Of a stretch of DNA of 64,000 nt, positions 1 to 8,602 are shown piece by piece. A model generated the notes under the pieces. That model did no database searches. It was not told the origin of the DNA and worked only from the letters and a program-made list of their open reading frames with translations. The position numbers and the translations under genes were made by a program. The stretch lies in NCBI GenBank assembly GCA_964384105.1, contig CAYLJV010000002.1:192834-256833 (forward strand), written 5' to 3'. The stretch comes from Candidatus Hadarchaeota archaeon. Lineage in GTDB: Archaea > Hadarchaeota > Hadarchaeia > Hadarchaeales > JAGGTB01. Within the stretch, counting starts at the first letter, position 1; every line of letters starts with the position of its first letter.

Positions 1-275
1 CCATCTACCACAACTACGTCTTTTTCTCTCCCTTTTTTCCTGATTATCGGGACACATCTCTTGGCTACAGCCGCCATTCCATTCTCTTCTCTCAGATTCT
101 CAGCAACCTTTGCCACATTCTTATCGGTAACCTTAAGATTCCTATTCCTCACTTCTTCCCAAACTACATCACCCATTCTAACTCTAGCCGCCCCAAGATC
201 AACCATCTTTGAAGCAACCTCGGTCTTTCCAGAAGCCTGAGGACCGACTATTCCAATTACGGAGAAGTTGTTCAT
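1..275 (-). CDS. P-loop nucleotide kinase-like protein (UPF0200/dephospho-CoA-kinase-like family); C-terminal part runs off the window start
   Basis: Minus-strand translation from ATG (rev-comp of 273-275) gives MNNFSVIGIVGPQASGKTEV... with a Walker-A GxxxxGKT; start overlaps upstream ORF stop (ATGA). Confidence 0.5.
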   Translation of the reverse strand, partial: MNNFSVIGIVGPQASGKTEVASKMVDLGAARVRMGDVVWEEVRNRNLKVTDKNVAKVAENLREENGMAAVAKRCVPIIRKKGREKDVVVVD

Positions 276-508
276 TCAAAATCGACCACTATAAGAGTCG
301 TGGTTCTAGTAACTCCCTCTACCCCCCTAATGTTGCCAAAAATAGTTCCAGTAAGCTTCTCAAGAGAATCTGATTCTATTCTAGCCACTAAATCATAAGG
401 ACCTGCCACAGTCTCTAAGGAATTTACCCCACTTAGAGCACTAACTTCCTTGAAAACTTCTGAAAGCTTTCCTGGTTCAACTGAAATCAAACTGTAACCG
501 CTCACCAA
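272..508 (-). CDS. Stand-alone RAM (Lrp/AsnC ligand-binding) domain protein, 78 aa
   Basis: Track ORF; sequence pattern (VEPGK...V.ETVAGPYDLVARIE...G..GV.RTTTLIV) typical of AsnC C-terminal domain; TTG/GTG start; 4-nt overlap with downstream kinase gene. Confidence 0.5.
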   Translation of the reverse strand: MVSGYSLISVEPGKLSEVFKEVSALSGVNSLETVAGPYDLVARIESDSLEKLTGTIFGNIRGVEGVTRTTTLIVVDFE

Positions 509-806
509 TAGTGCTCACACCTCCGTCAGATAATCCTCCACTTTTCTTTTAAAAAATACCCATAACTATAAATCTTTAACTAAAAATACTACGAGAATCT
601 CATTCTTCTCAGCTTATAGAACAGATTCAAGCCTTCACGTAATAAAAGAAAAATTCGTGTTAATAAGAAAAACCAACAAAACAAAAATTCTTATAAAAAC
701 CCTCGAAAAATATCCTTCGAGGTAGATTAACCGAAATTTATTAATGGTTAATAAAAAGAATCGTTTGAATACAATTATTAAGATAACAGGTTTATAGGTA
801 ATACCA

Positions 807-2234
807 ATGGGTGAAACTGTCTCTGAAGGAAAAGAGAAATCCGAAGCAGAAAGGATGGCCCAAATAATAGATAAAGGCCTAGGTAACCCCGTCTCAAGAA
901 AAATACTAAATTTCATCGCCAAAAGGAAAAACGGAGAAAGAAGAGCGGAAAAAATCCTTAAAGCTTACGCAGGAATGGAAGTAGATCTTTCTCTGGGTGA
1001 CAAGTTTGCTAGTTTTTTAGTATCCAGGCTTTTAGACAGCTTCGCTAATGGAACAGACATAACCAAAGAAGGAATAAAAAGCAACCTACGAGATGGATAT
1101 TGGAGAAAGGGATTGGCTTCTACTCTAGAAGGGCTTGCTTGGAGAGGACCTGAAAAACCCTTCGTATCCTACGCTCCTTTCCTAGTAGTCTGGAACTTCA
1201 CGAATGCATGCAATCTTGACTGCAGACACTGCTACCAGAGTGCAGATAAACCAACACCGGACGAACTGACAACTGAAGAAGCTAAAAGAGCGGTCGACGA
1301 AATGGCCAAAGCAGGAGTAGGTTACATAGCATTCTCTGGGGGTGAACCACTCTTTAGAAAGGACTTCTTTGAAATCGCAGAATATGTTAGAGAACAAGAA
1401 ATGGGGCTAGCTGTAGCCACGAATGGAACAACTCTATCCAAGAAGAATGTGAGTAGGCTAGAGGACCTCGATTGCCTTTATTTCCAAATATCGCTCGATG
1501 GAAAAGAAGAAACTCACAATAAGATGAGAGGCCCAAACGCATACGAAAGAACTATCGAAGGAATAAAAAATGCCGTTGAATCGAACATTACAGTAGGAAT
1601 TGCAATGACCGTGATAAGCGAGAATTTCGACGAGGTAGATGACGTTATTAACTTAACTGAGGAGATTGGCGCAGACATCTTCATGCATTATAACTTCATT
1701 CCAACCGGTAGAGGAGAAGATATAGCGGAACTTGATATCACACCAGAACAAAGAGAGGAACTTTTGATGAAATTAGCTTCAGAATCCCGAAAAAGAGACA
1801 TAAATATGCTTTCCACCGCCCCTCAGTATGGAAGAGTCGCTGCAAGAGGAGGTACACTCTCTTTAACTCATTTTGACGTCGCCAGCCAGAAGGGAATGGG
1901 TGAAGAAATAGAATTCCTAGCAGATTTTGTAGGTGGGTGTGGCTGCGGGAGGCTTTACTGGGCCCTGCAACCAAATGGGGACTTAACCCCCTGTGTATTC
2001 TTCCCAAAGACTATTGGAAACATTAAAAAAGATTCATTTTTGGATATATGGCAAAATTCTCCCACCATGGAGAGCGCAAGAAATAGAGAGAAGTTTATAG
2101 GAAATTGCAGAAACTGCGACTCAAGGAATATTTGTGGAGGATGCAGAGCAAGAGCTTACTCATATTTCAATGACATAAGAGAAGATGATCCAGGTTGTAT
2201 TCTGAATAAGGATAGATGGGATGAAATAATCTAA
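807..2234 (+). CDS. Radical SAM enzyme with C-terminal SPASM/twitch auxiliary Fe-S domain and ~125-aa N-terminal extension
   Basis: CNLDCRHCY (Cx3Cx2C) at aa ~134, GGEPL motif, C-terminal Cys-rich GCGCG...C...CxxCxxxC...CGGC cluster. Confidence 0.75.
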   Translation: MGETVSEGKEKSEAERMAQIIDKGLGNPVSRKILNFIAKRKNGERRAEKILKAYAGMEVDLSLGDKFASFLVSRLLDSFANGTDITKEGIKSNLRDGYWRKGLASTLEGLAWRGPEKPFVSYAPFLVVWNFTNACNLDCRHCYQSADKPTPDELTTEEAKRAVDEMAKAGVGYIAFSGGEPLFRKDFFEIAEYVREQEMGLAVATNGTTLSKKNVSRLEDLDCLYFQISLDGKEETHNKMRGPNAYERTIEGIKNAVESNITVGIAMTVISENFDEVDDVINLTEEIGADIFMHYNFIPTGRGEDIAELDITPEQREELLMKLASESRKRDINMLSTAPQYGRVAARGGTLSLTHFDVASQKGMGEEIEFLADFVGGCGCGRLYWALQPNGDLTPCVFFPKTIGNIKKDSFLDIWQNSPTMESARNREKFIGNCRNCDSRNICGGCRARAYSYFNDIREDDPGCILNKDRWDEII

Positions 2235-2492
2235 AGTTAACCTATTCAATTGTCAATAACATCCTCCAACATTAGTTAGATTAATAGTAATCATAGCACA
2301 TACTATGTGACCATATATGAGCAATAGGAAGGTTATTTTTAGTAAGAAAACTTTGCATGCGGGACAAAAGGCCAATTTATCCACAACAGCTATTAAAAGT
2401 CCACAAAGAGAAGATGAAGCTCAAAATATCCCTATAAACTGTCCTATAGACGAACAAATGAAAGAGAATCTCGATTTAAGAGGTGTATAAAA

Positions 2493-4001
2493 ATGCAAGG
2501 AGAATCCGTCGGGCTTGTAGAAACAAAGAAGTATACATACCCTGAAAAAATAGAACTCGAATCAGGAAAGAAATTTGGTCCCGTAGATATAGCATATGAG
2601 ACGTACGGGGAACTAAATGAGGACAAAAGTAACGCCATTTTAATATGCCACGCGCTCTCCGGAGACGCTCATGCAGCTGGATGGCATAAAGGCGACGAAA
2701 AATCCGGTTGGTGGGACAATATGATCGGACCAGGAAAAACTTTCGATACTGACCGTTACTTCGTTATCTGCTCAAATGTATTAGGAGGTTGCAAAGGAAC
2801 AACTGGACCACCCTCTATAAATCCCGAAACCGGCAAACCCTACGGACTAGACTTTCCCATAGTCACGATACCCGATATAGTCAAGGTTCAAAAGAAGCTA
2901 GTTGAACATCTAGGTATAAAAAAATTATTGGCCGTAACAGGAGGCTCCATGGGTGGGATGCAGGCTCTACAATGGCCAATCTCATATCCTGATTCGGTCA
3001 GGTTTTCCATTCCAATTGCCACTACCGCCAGGTCTTCACCCCAGCAGATCGCATTCAATGAAGTACGCAGGCGTGCAGTAATGTCAGACCCTAAGTGGAA
3101 CAATGGAGATTACTATAATAATGAATCGCCAAAAGATGGGCTCTCGTTAGCCCGGATGATCGGTCACATCACCTTTCTCAGCGAAGAAGCAATGAGAAGA
3201 AAGTTCGGAAGAAAACTTCAAAACAAGAAAAGATACAGCTTCGACTTTTCTACAGATTTCGAAGTAGAAAGCTATCTCCACTATAAGGGGGATAAATTTG
3301 TAGAACGATTTGACGCGAATTCTTACCTTTATATAACTCGCGCAATAGACTACTTCGACTTAACAAACGGAGGACAGATGTCTCTCAAAGATTCTTTCGA
3401 AAATGTAAAATCCAAATTCCTAGTGATATCAATCTCTTCCGATTGGCTTTATCCACCCTATCAATCCAAAGAGATAGTGCGAGCCCTAGAAGCAAACAGC
3501 GTAGAAGTGACATACTCGGAAATAAAATCCAGTTATGGACATGACGCCTTCCTACTCGAACCCGGTCAATTAAATCATATTATCCTAGATTTCCTCTCAC
3601 AAATCACGGTTAAAGACATACAGATAGACGTTCCGATAATAATGAAAGATACCTCGATAAAGGTAGCCTCGGACATTATGAAAAAAAGTGAATATACTCA
3701 TCTCCCAGTTTCTACGAAAAATGGAAAGTTAGTAGGGATAATAACCGCTTGGGATATCGTTAAAGCTGTCGCCGAGGATTTAGATTCTTTAGAAGATATT
3801 ATGACAAAGAAAGTCGTTACCGCCCACCCAACCGAATCAATACCGAGCGTTACTCAAAAAATGAAAAGATACAATATTTCGGCCCTCCCCGTCACAGACG
3901 AAAGCAACAAAATTTTGGGAATAGTGACAAGTGATACCATAAGCCAACTGGTTGGTCGAGAAAGAAACTTTACAAGTTCCCTAAATTCTGGAGAAGAATA
4001 A
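2493..4001 (+). CDS. metX: Homoserine O-acetyltransferase fused to a C-terminal CBS-domain pair
   Basis: alpha/beta hydrolase MetX signature ([12 protein letters not shown]), length 502 aa with ~130-aa C-terminal CBS-like tandem ([10 protein letters not shown] / [10 protein letters not shown]); SD-like agaggtg upstream. Confidence 0.8.
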   Translation: MQGESVGLVETKKYTYPEKIELESGKKFGPVDIAYETYGELNEDKSNAILICHALSGDAHAAGWHKGDEKSGWWDNMIGPGKTFDTDRYFVICSNVLGGCKGTTGPPSINPETGKPYGLDFPIVTIPDIVKVQKKLVEHLGIKKLLAVTGGSMGGMQALQWPISYPDSVRFSIPIATTARSSPQQIAFNEVRRRAVMSDPKWNNGDYYNNESPKDGLSLARMIGHITFLSEEAMRRKFGRKLQNKKRYSFDFSTDFEVESYLHYKGDKFVERFDANSYLYITRAIDYFDLTNGGQMSLKDSFENVKSKFLVISISSDWLYPPYQSKEIVRALEANSVEVTYSEIKSSYGHDAFLLEPGQLNHIILDFLSQITVKDIQIDVPIIMKDTSIKVASDIMKKSEYTHLPVSTKNGKLVGIITAWDIVKAVAEDLDSLEDIMTKKVVTAHPTESIPSVTQKMKRYNISALPVTDESNKILGIVTSDTISQLVGRERNFTSSLNSGEE

Positions 4002-4030
4002 AAAACTCCATAAATAAAGAAATTGAGCAA

Positions 4031-4840
4031 ATGTCTAAAAATAATTTGAGTTTAGGTCTAATCCAAATAAGCAGCGAACAGAACAAAGAAAGGAATTTAG
4101 AAAAATTAGACCGATTCCTATGTGAAATAGAGGAACTCCCTGATATCTTAATTCTGCCAGAGTATTTCGGAGGATTAGAAAAAGGAGAACCTCAAAAAAA
4201 TTTGGTAAAGAAAAATGCCATTTCCATAGAATCCGACTTCATAAACAAAGTTAGAGAAAAAATAAGAAAACTGAATACCGCCCTAATTTTCACCATATAT
4301 AGGAAAGGCAATGGCAAATACTTCAACTCGGCAATTTTCCTAGACGAGAGTGGAGAGATAAAGGGAGTTTACGATAAAATCCACCTTTTTGACGCTTTAG
4401 GACATAGGGAATCGGAAATTTTTGAAAAAGGTAAAAATGTCGTCACGGTGGACTGGAAAGGACATAAGATCGGAATAGCAATATGCTTCGATCTTAGATT
4501 CCCAGAACTTTTCAGAATTCTAAGAAATATGGAAGCGGAGATAGTTATTATTCCAAGCGGATGGTATTCAGGGCCCCACAAAAAAGAACAGTGGAAAACC
4601 CTGATTAGAGCAAGAGCACATGAGAACAATTTTTTCGTGGTCGGCGTAGATCAACCTAAACCTCATTTCGTAGGAAATAGCATGGTAGCATCTCCCCTTG
4701 GATACGAAGTATTCAGTTTGGGAGAAGACGAGGAAATTGAAACAGCTAGAATAGATATTAAAGAGATACAAGAATCAAAAAAGAAACTACCACTTAACGA
4801 TCTTGAAAGAGATGAAATCTACAATAAATACGCAAAATAA
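4031..4840 (+). CDS. Carbon-nitrogen hydrolase (nitrilase superfamily)
   Basis: E-K-C catalytic triad context: PEYF..., ...KIHLFD, IAICFDLRFPE. Confidence 0.7.
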   Translation: MSKNNLSLGLIQISSEQNKERNLEKLDRFLCEIEELPDILILPEYFGGLEKGEPQKNLVKKNAISIESDFINKVREKIRKLNTALIFTIYRKGNGKYFNSAIFLDESGEIKGVYDKIHLFDALGHRESEIFEKGKNVVTVDWKGHKIGIAICFDLRFPELFRILRNMEAEIVIIPSGWYSGPHKKEQWKTLIRARAHENNFFVVGVDQPKPHFVGNSMVASPLGYEVFSLGEDEEIETARIDIKEIQESKKKLPLNDLERDEIYNKYAK

Positions 4841-4844
4841 TAAA

Positions 4845-6029
4845 TCACTCATTTACAGGTAAATCGTATTTTTTTGCTATATCCTTGAAGGACTCAGACA
4901 AATGTTCAATCTGGTTCCAAGTAAGACCGTACGTATTCAATTTCCATCGCCTCGTCGCACCAGCGAATATACCGATTATACCCCTTTCCTTCAATTCCTC
5001 GTAAAGAAAATAACCTCTCCTTTTGTGGTCCTTAGCAACTCTATCAAAACTCTCGGTAGTATCCACCTTTACAAGAGTGTGATTCCTCGGCATCTCGCTT
5101 AGAATTTTATTTCCCTCTATTTTCAGAAACTCTTTCAAAAAATAACTAGCCTTATCCAATTCCTCCTCCCATCTCTTGACCCTCTTCTTCACATGAGGAA
5201 AACTAGCCATCATTGCAATTATATTAGACCCCATCAAAGTACAACCCAACATCTCTACTTCCTTCACACCAAATGTTCTACCGGAGACATCCCCCTTGGC
5301 ATCAGTAGACCTAAAAACTTCATCCGTCCACCTGTCCGTAGTCGCCAATATTCCTGAAGGAGCTGGAGATGCGAAGCTTTTATGACCAGAACCAACTAGA
5401 AAGTCGACTCCTAGATTTTTCCCGTCCACAGGTGCTACCCCCACAGAATATGCCCCATTACAGAGAACAGGAATATCGTAGTCCTTTGCTACCTCCGCTA
5501 TCTGTCTAACTTCGTGTTTATTCGCAAAACTATAGTCAAAGTGATCAATAATAATCAACTTAGGACGTTTTTTCTCTTCTCTCTCAACTTTCTCTATCTT
5601 CTCTTCAGCAGCTTTTCCTGTAACAATATTATCCTCATTCGAAGGTATCTCCCTTAACACACCACCTGCCTGCTCAACAGCCAAAAACTCGGTATAATGA
5701 GCCAAGTCCGAAACCAAAACCACGTCGTTCTTTTCAACAAGTGTGGAAGCGACAGCTTGAAAACCTCTTCTGGCCCCCGGAACAACCCTAACTTCATCCA
5801 TCCCCAAGAAATCTGCAAGGTTAAAGTGAAACTCCTGAATAGGAGGTCTTTCTATTTTATCCAATCTCCAAGGACTCATACACCAGTCACATGTGGAGTA
5901 TCCATCACCGTAAGAGATCATAGCCTTCATGGCTTCAGGAGTCAATCTGCCAGCTGCTTGAATAGGTTGAACGTTTATGAATAGCTCATCTCGAGCCCGG
6001 GTCTCTATATCTCCTCCCCTGATATCCAT
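4845..6029 (-). CDS. pscS: O-phospho-L-seryl-tRNA(Cys):Cys-tRNA synthase (SepCysS), PLP-dependent
   Basis: 394 aa; N-terminal INVQPIQAAGRLTPEA...YSTCDWC matches the SepCysS family pattern; PLP-fold; tRNA-Cys 2.3 kb away. Confidence 0.65.
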   Translation of the reverse strand: MDIRGGDIETRARDELFINVQPIQAAGRLTPEAMKAMISYGDGYSTCDWCMSPWRLDKIERPPIQEFHFNLADFLGMDEVRVVPGARRGFQAVASTLVEKNDVVLVSDLAHYTEFLAVEQAGGVLREIPSNEDNIVTGKAAEEKIEKVEREEKKRPKLIIIDHFDYSFANKHEVRQIAEVAKDYDIPVLCNGAYSVGVAPVDGKNLGVDFLVGSGHKSFASPAPSGILATTDRWTDEVFRSTDAKGDVSGRTFGVKEVEMLGCTLMGSNIIAMMASFPHVKKRVKRWEEELDKASYFLKEFLKIEGNKILSEMPRNHTLVKVDTTESFDRVAKDHKRRGYFLYEELKERGIIGIFAGATRRWKLNTYGLTWNQIEHLSESFKDIAKKYDLPVNE

Positions 6030-6205
6030 TAAATCTCACTCCTTATTCCCTCTAGATTCTTCTCGACTCTATTCAAAATCTCTATAGCCTTACCTTTCCT
6101 CTCGCCTTCCAGATCATGATCAGGAGCTGTTTCCCTGAAGAGCTGTCTCAAATCGGTTAGCTCGTAGAGGGAATCAAATAACTTTTCAACTGCTTTCTTA
6201 CTCAT
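6029..6205 (-). CDS. Unannotated 58-aa helical small protein, translationally coupled (TAATG) to SepCysS; candidate split SepCysS N-terminal helper (SepCysSn-like)
   Basis: Hand translation of minus strand: MSKKAVEKLFDSLYELTDLRQLFRETAPDHDLEGERKGKAIEILNRVEKNLEGIRSEI; stop TAA overlaps SepCysS ATG by 1 nt; missing from the ORF track because it is under 60 aa. Confidence 0.4.
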   Translation of the reverse strand: MSKKAVEKLFDSLYELTDLRQLFRETAPDHDLEGERKGKAIEILNRVEKNLEGIRSEI

Positions 6206-6270
6206 CTCTGTTACCTCTTTTACCTAGCATTTTATTTCTTACTAATTTATCTAAAACGAGATAATTTAAT

Positions 6271-6298
6271 TAAGTCAAACTTGTTAAGTAATACTTAA
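6271..6298. promoter_or_regulatory. Candidate metalloregulator operator: inverted repeat TTAAGTA-a-TACTTAA (6284-6298) plus overlapping AAGTcaaACTT, 5 nt upstream of the DtxR-family gene
   Basis: Perfect 7-1-7 inverted repeat read directly; resembles DtxR/IdeR-box half sites (TTAGGTTA...TAACCTAA); lies in divergent intergenic region. Confidence 0.4.
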
Positions 6299-6303
6299 CG
6301 AAA

Positions 6304-6777
6304 ATGTCGAAGACGATCACTCAAAGAGATAGAGAGTATATAAAAAAGATATATTTGCTAGGCGGTAAAGAGATCCCTACATCTCCTTCAGAACTAGCAC
6401 GGGAAATGAACGTCAGCAAAGTCGGAGCACTAGATAAAATGAGAAGATTAGAAGAGCTCGGCTTCGCAGAGTATATCAAAAACAAAGGAATTCTTCTCAA
6501 CAGCAAAGGGATCAAAGAAATCGAAGAAGGAGCAAAAAGACACCACTTAGTGGAAAAATTTCTTCGAGAATCCCTAGACATTGATCAAGAAGAGGCCTGT
6601 GTAGAATCCACAAAAATAGCATTCCGACTTAGTAATAGAACAATAGAAAAGATCTCCTCTCAGTTAGACCCTGGAACTACATGTAGATGTGGTTTCCGCA
6701 TAGGGAAATACACAGAACTGAGAGATCTGAAAAATTGCCCCTGGTTAAACAACGAAAAAATACTAGAAGAGAGGTGA
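6304..6777 (+). CDS. DtxR/MntR-family metal-dependent transcriptional repressor
   Basis: N-terminal wHTH (SELAREMNVSKVGALDKMRRLEELGF) and metal-binding/dimerisation region (HHLVEKFL...). Confidence 0.7.
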   Translation: MSKTITQRDREYIKKIYLLGGKEIPTSPSELAREMNVSKVGALDKMRRLEELGFAEYIKNKGILLNSKGIKEIEEGAKRHHLVEKFLRESLDIDQEEACVESTKIAFRLSNRTIEKISSQLDPGTTCRCGFRIGKYTELRDLKNCPWLNNEKILEER

Positions 6778-6783
6778 TACCCA

Positions 6784-7566
6784 GTGAAAGCTATAGAACT
6801 AGATAACATTCACGTAAAACTAGGAGAAACTCAAGTACTAAAAGAAGTAACTGTCTCGATAGAAAAAGGGGAATTCTTAGGTATAATCGGTCCAAATGGT
6901 GGCGGAAAAACTACTCTGTTGAAAGTAATTCTGGGAATAATAGAACCTGACGAAGGCGAAGTTAAAATATTCGGAAAACCTCCAAACGAAAATGGGGGAC
7001 TAATAGGTTACGTCCCACAATATTCAAACTTCGACTTGCAGTTTCCTATGACAGTCAAAGACGTAGTAATGATGGGAAGAGTAGGAAAGCTCGGGTGGAA
7101 CCCCTTCTATTCAAAAGAAGATGAGAAAATAGCCCAAAAATCTTTAGAAGAAGTCGATATGCTGAACCAACAGAATAAGCAAATCTCAGAACTTTCAGGG
7201 GGCCAGCATCAGAGAATGCTACTGGCGAGAGCCTTAGCCACTAATCCAGAAATTCTGGTGCTTGACGAACCGACGGCAAGCGTGGACGAGAAAAGGAAAA
7301 ATAACATCTACGAATTACTCAAAAAATTCAATGAAAAATTAGAAAAGACTATTATAATAGCAACCCACGACATCGGTATAATCTCCTCACATGTAAAAAG
7401 TATAGCCTGCCTAAACAGATACCTAGTTTTTCACGGTGAAGATGAAATTACTCCCGGTGTGATAGAAGAAACTTATGGCTGTCCAGTAGATCTAATTGCC
7501 CACGGCCAGCCACATAGAGTTTTTGAAAAAAAGATGCCATTGGAGGAAGAAGAGCAGGATGCTTGA
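6784..7566 (+). CDS. ABC transporter ATP-binding protein, ABC-3 (Zn/Mn/Fe) importer type
   Basis: Walker A GPNGGGKTT, signature LSGGQHQR, Walker B LVLDEP; GTG start; adjacent to DtxR and ABC-3 permease. Confidence 0.8.
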   Translation: MKAIELDNIHVKLGETQVLKEVTVSIEKGEFLGIIGPNGGGKTTLLKVILGIIEPDEGEVKIFGKPPNENGGLIGYVPQYSNFDLQFPMTVKDVVMMGRVGKLGWNPFYSKEDEKIAQKSLEEVDMLNQQNKQISELSGGQHQRMLLARALATNPEILVLDEPTASVDEKRKNNIYELLKKFNEKLEKTIIIATHDIGIISSHVKSIACLNRYLVFHGEDEITPGVIEETYGCPVDLIAHGQPHRVFEKKMPLEEEEQDA

Positions 7567-8365
7567 ATTCTTTCAGGAACCCTACATAACAGCAATCCAA
7601 GCAGGTATACTGGCATCGGTGGTTTTCGGGATTATCGGAACATACGTGGTAGTTAAAAGAATAGTCTTTATAGCTGGCGGTGTCTCTCACGCATCTTTTG
7701 GAGGGATAGGACTCGCTCTCTACCTAGGCTGGAATCCCCTGCTCGGGGCCTTAATATTCGCACTATCATCTGCACTTGGAGTAGGTCTACTCAGAAAAAA
7801 AGCCAAACAACGGGAAGACACGGCCATAGGAATATCCTGGGCCTTTGGCATGGCGATCGGAGCGGTATTATATGATCTTACTCCCGGAAACTTGCCCAGC
7901 ATCCAAAGCTTCCTATTCGGAGACATCTTACTAATAACAAACACAGATATATGGATGATTCTTGGGCTCGTAATCAGTATCTTTATAATCGTGCCACTCT
8001 TCTATCACAAATTAAGAGCAGTAAGTTTCGACGAGGAATTCTCGGAGGTAGTCGGAGTAAACTCAACGATATTCTATAGTCTCCTACTCGTACTAACAGC
8101 AATCTCGATCATTTTTCTAATCAAACTCGTTGGCATAATACTCGTACTAGCAATGCTTTCAATTCCTCCGTCCATATCAAACAAAATAACCTACCATATG
8201 GAAAAAATGATGGCTTATTCCACCTTCCTCTCTCTCGGGTTTATCCTCTCCGGCCTCTGGTTCTCTTACTATTGGAACCTTCCCGTAGGACCTATGATCG
8301 TGATAGTTGCAGGAATAGGATTTTCTATCGCTACTATAGCCTCGAAGACTAAAAAGAGGATTTAG
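7559..8365 (+). CDS. ABC-3 family metal-ion ABC transporter permease (ZnuB/MntC-like)
   Basis: Polytopic membrane protein; ATG at 7559 overlaps ATPase stop by 8 nt (ATGCTTGA); track ORF extends upstream to 7496 but the internal Met is the likely start. Confidence 0.7.
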   Translation: MLEFFQEPYITAIQAGILASVVFGIIGTYVVVKRIVFIAGGVSHASFGGIGLALYLGWNPLLGALIFALSSALGVGLLRKKAKQREDTAIGISWAFGMAIGAVLYDLTPGNLPSIQSFLFGDILLITNTDIWMILGLVISIFIIVPLFYHKLRAVSFDEEFSEVVGVNSTIFYSLLLVLTAISIIFLIKLVGIILVLAMLSIPPSISNKITYHMEKMMAYSTFLSLGFILSGLWFSYYWNLPVGPMIVIVAGIGFSIATIASKTKKRI

Positions 8366-8443
8366 TGGAGCCGGGGACCGGATTTGAACCGGTGTAAGCG
8401 GATCTGCAGTCCGCCGCCTCAAACCAGGCTCGGCCACCCCGGC
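8366..8443 (-). tRNA. tRNA-Cys (anticodon GCA)
   Basis: Hand-folded cloverleaf: acceptor GCCGGGG/CCCCGGC, D-stem GCC/GGC, anticodon stem GCGGA/UCCGC with loop CUGCAGA, T-arm ACCGG-UUCAAAU-CCGGU, 3' CCA encoded. Confidence 0.8.
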
Positions 8444-8602
8444 CCAACGAGGGCTAACGAAGAACGAGGAAATAAATGTAATGGTCGTATGAGTTTAACC
8501 CTTGAATTATCTCGTATTCTTTCACATCTCCAATTAATTCAAGAACTTTATTCACTCAGATAATCAAAATAGTGTCACCTAAAAGACTCGAAGCTCTTTA
8601 AA

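Noticed and set aside
8177-8437. 86-aa minus-strand ORF
   Set aside because: Overlaps the tRNA-Cys gene and the 3' end of the ABC-3 permease; no coding signal.
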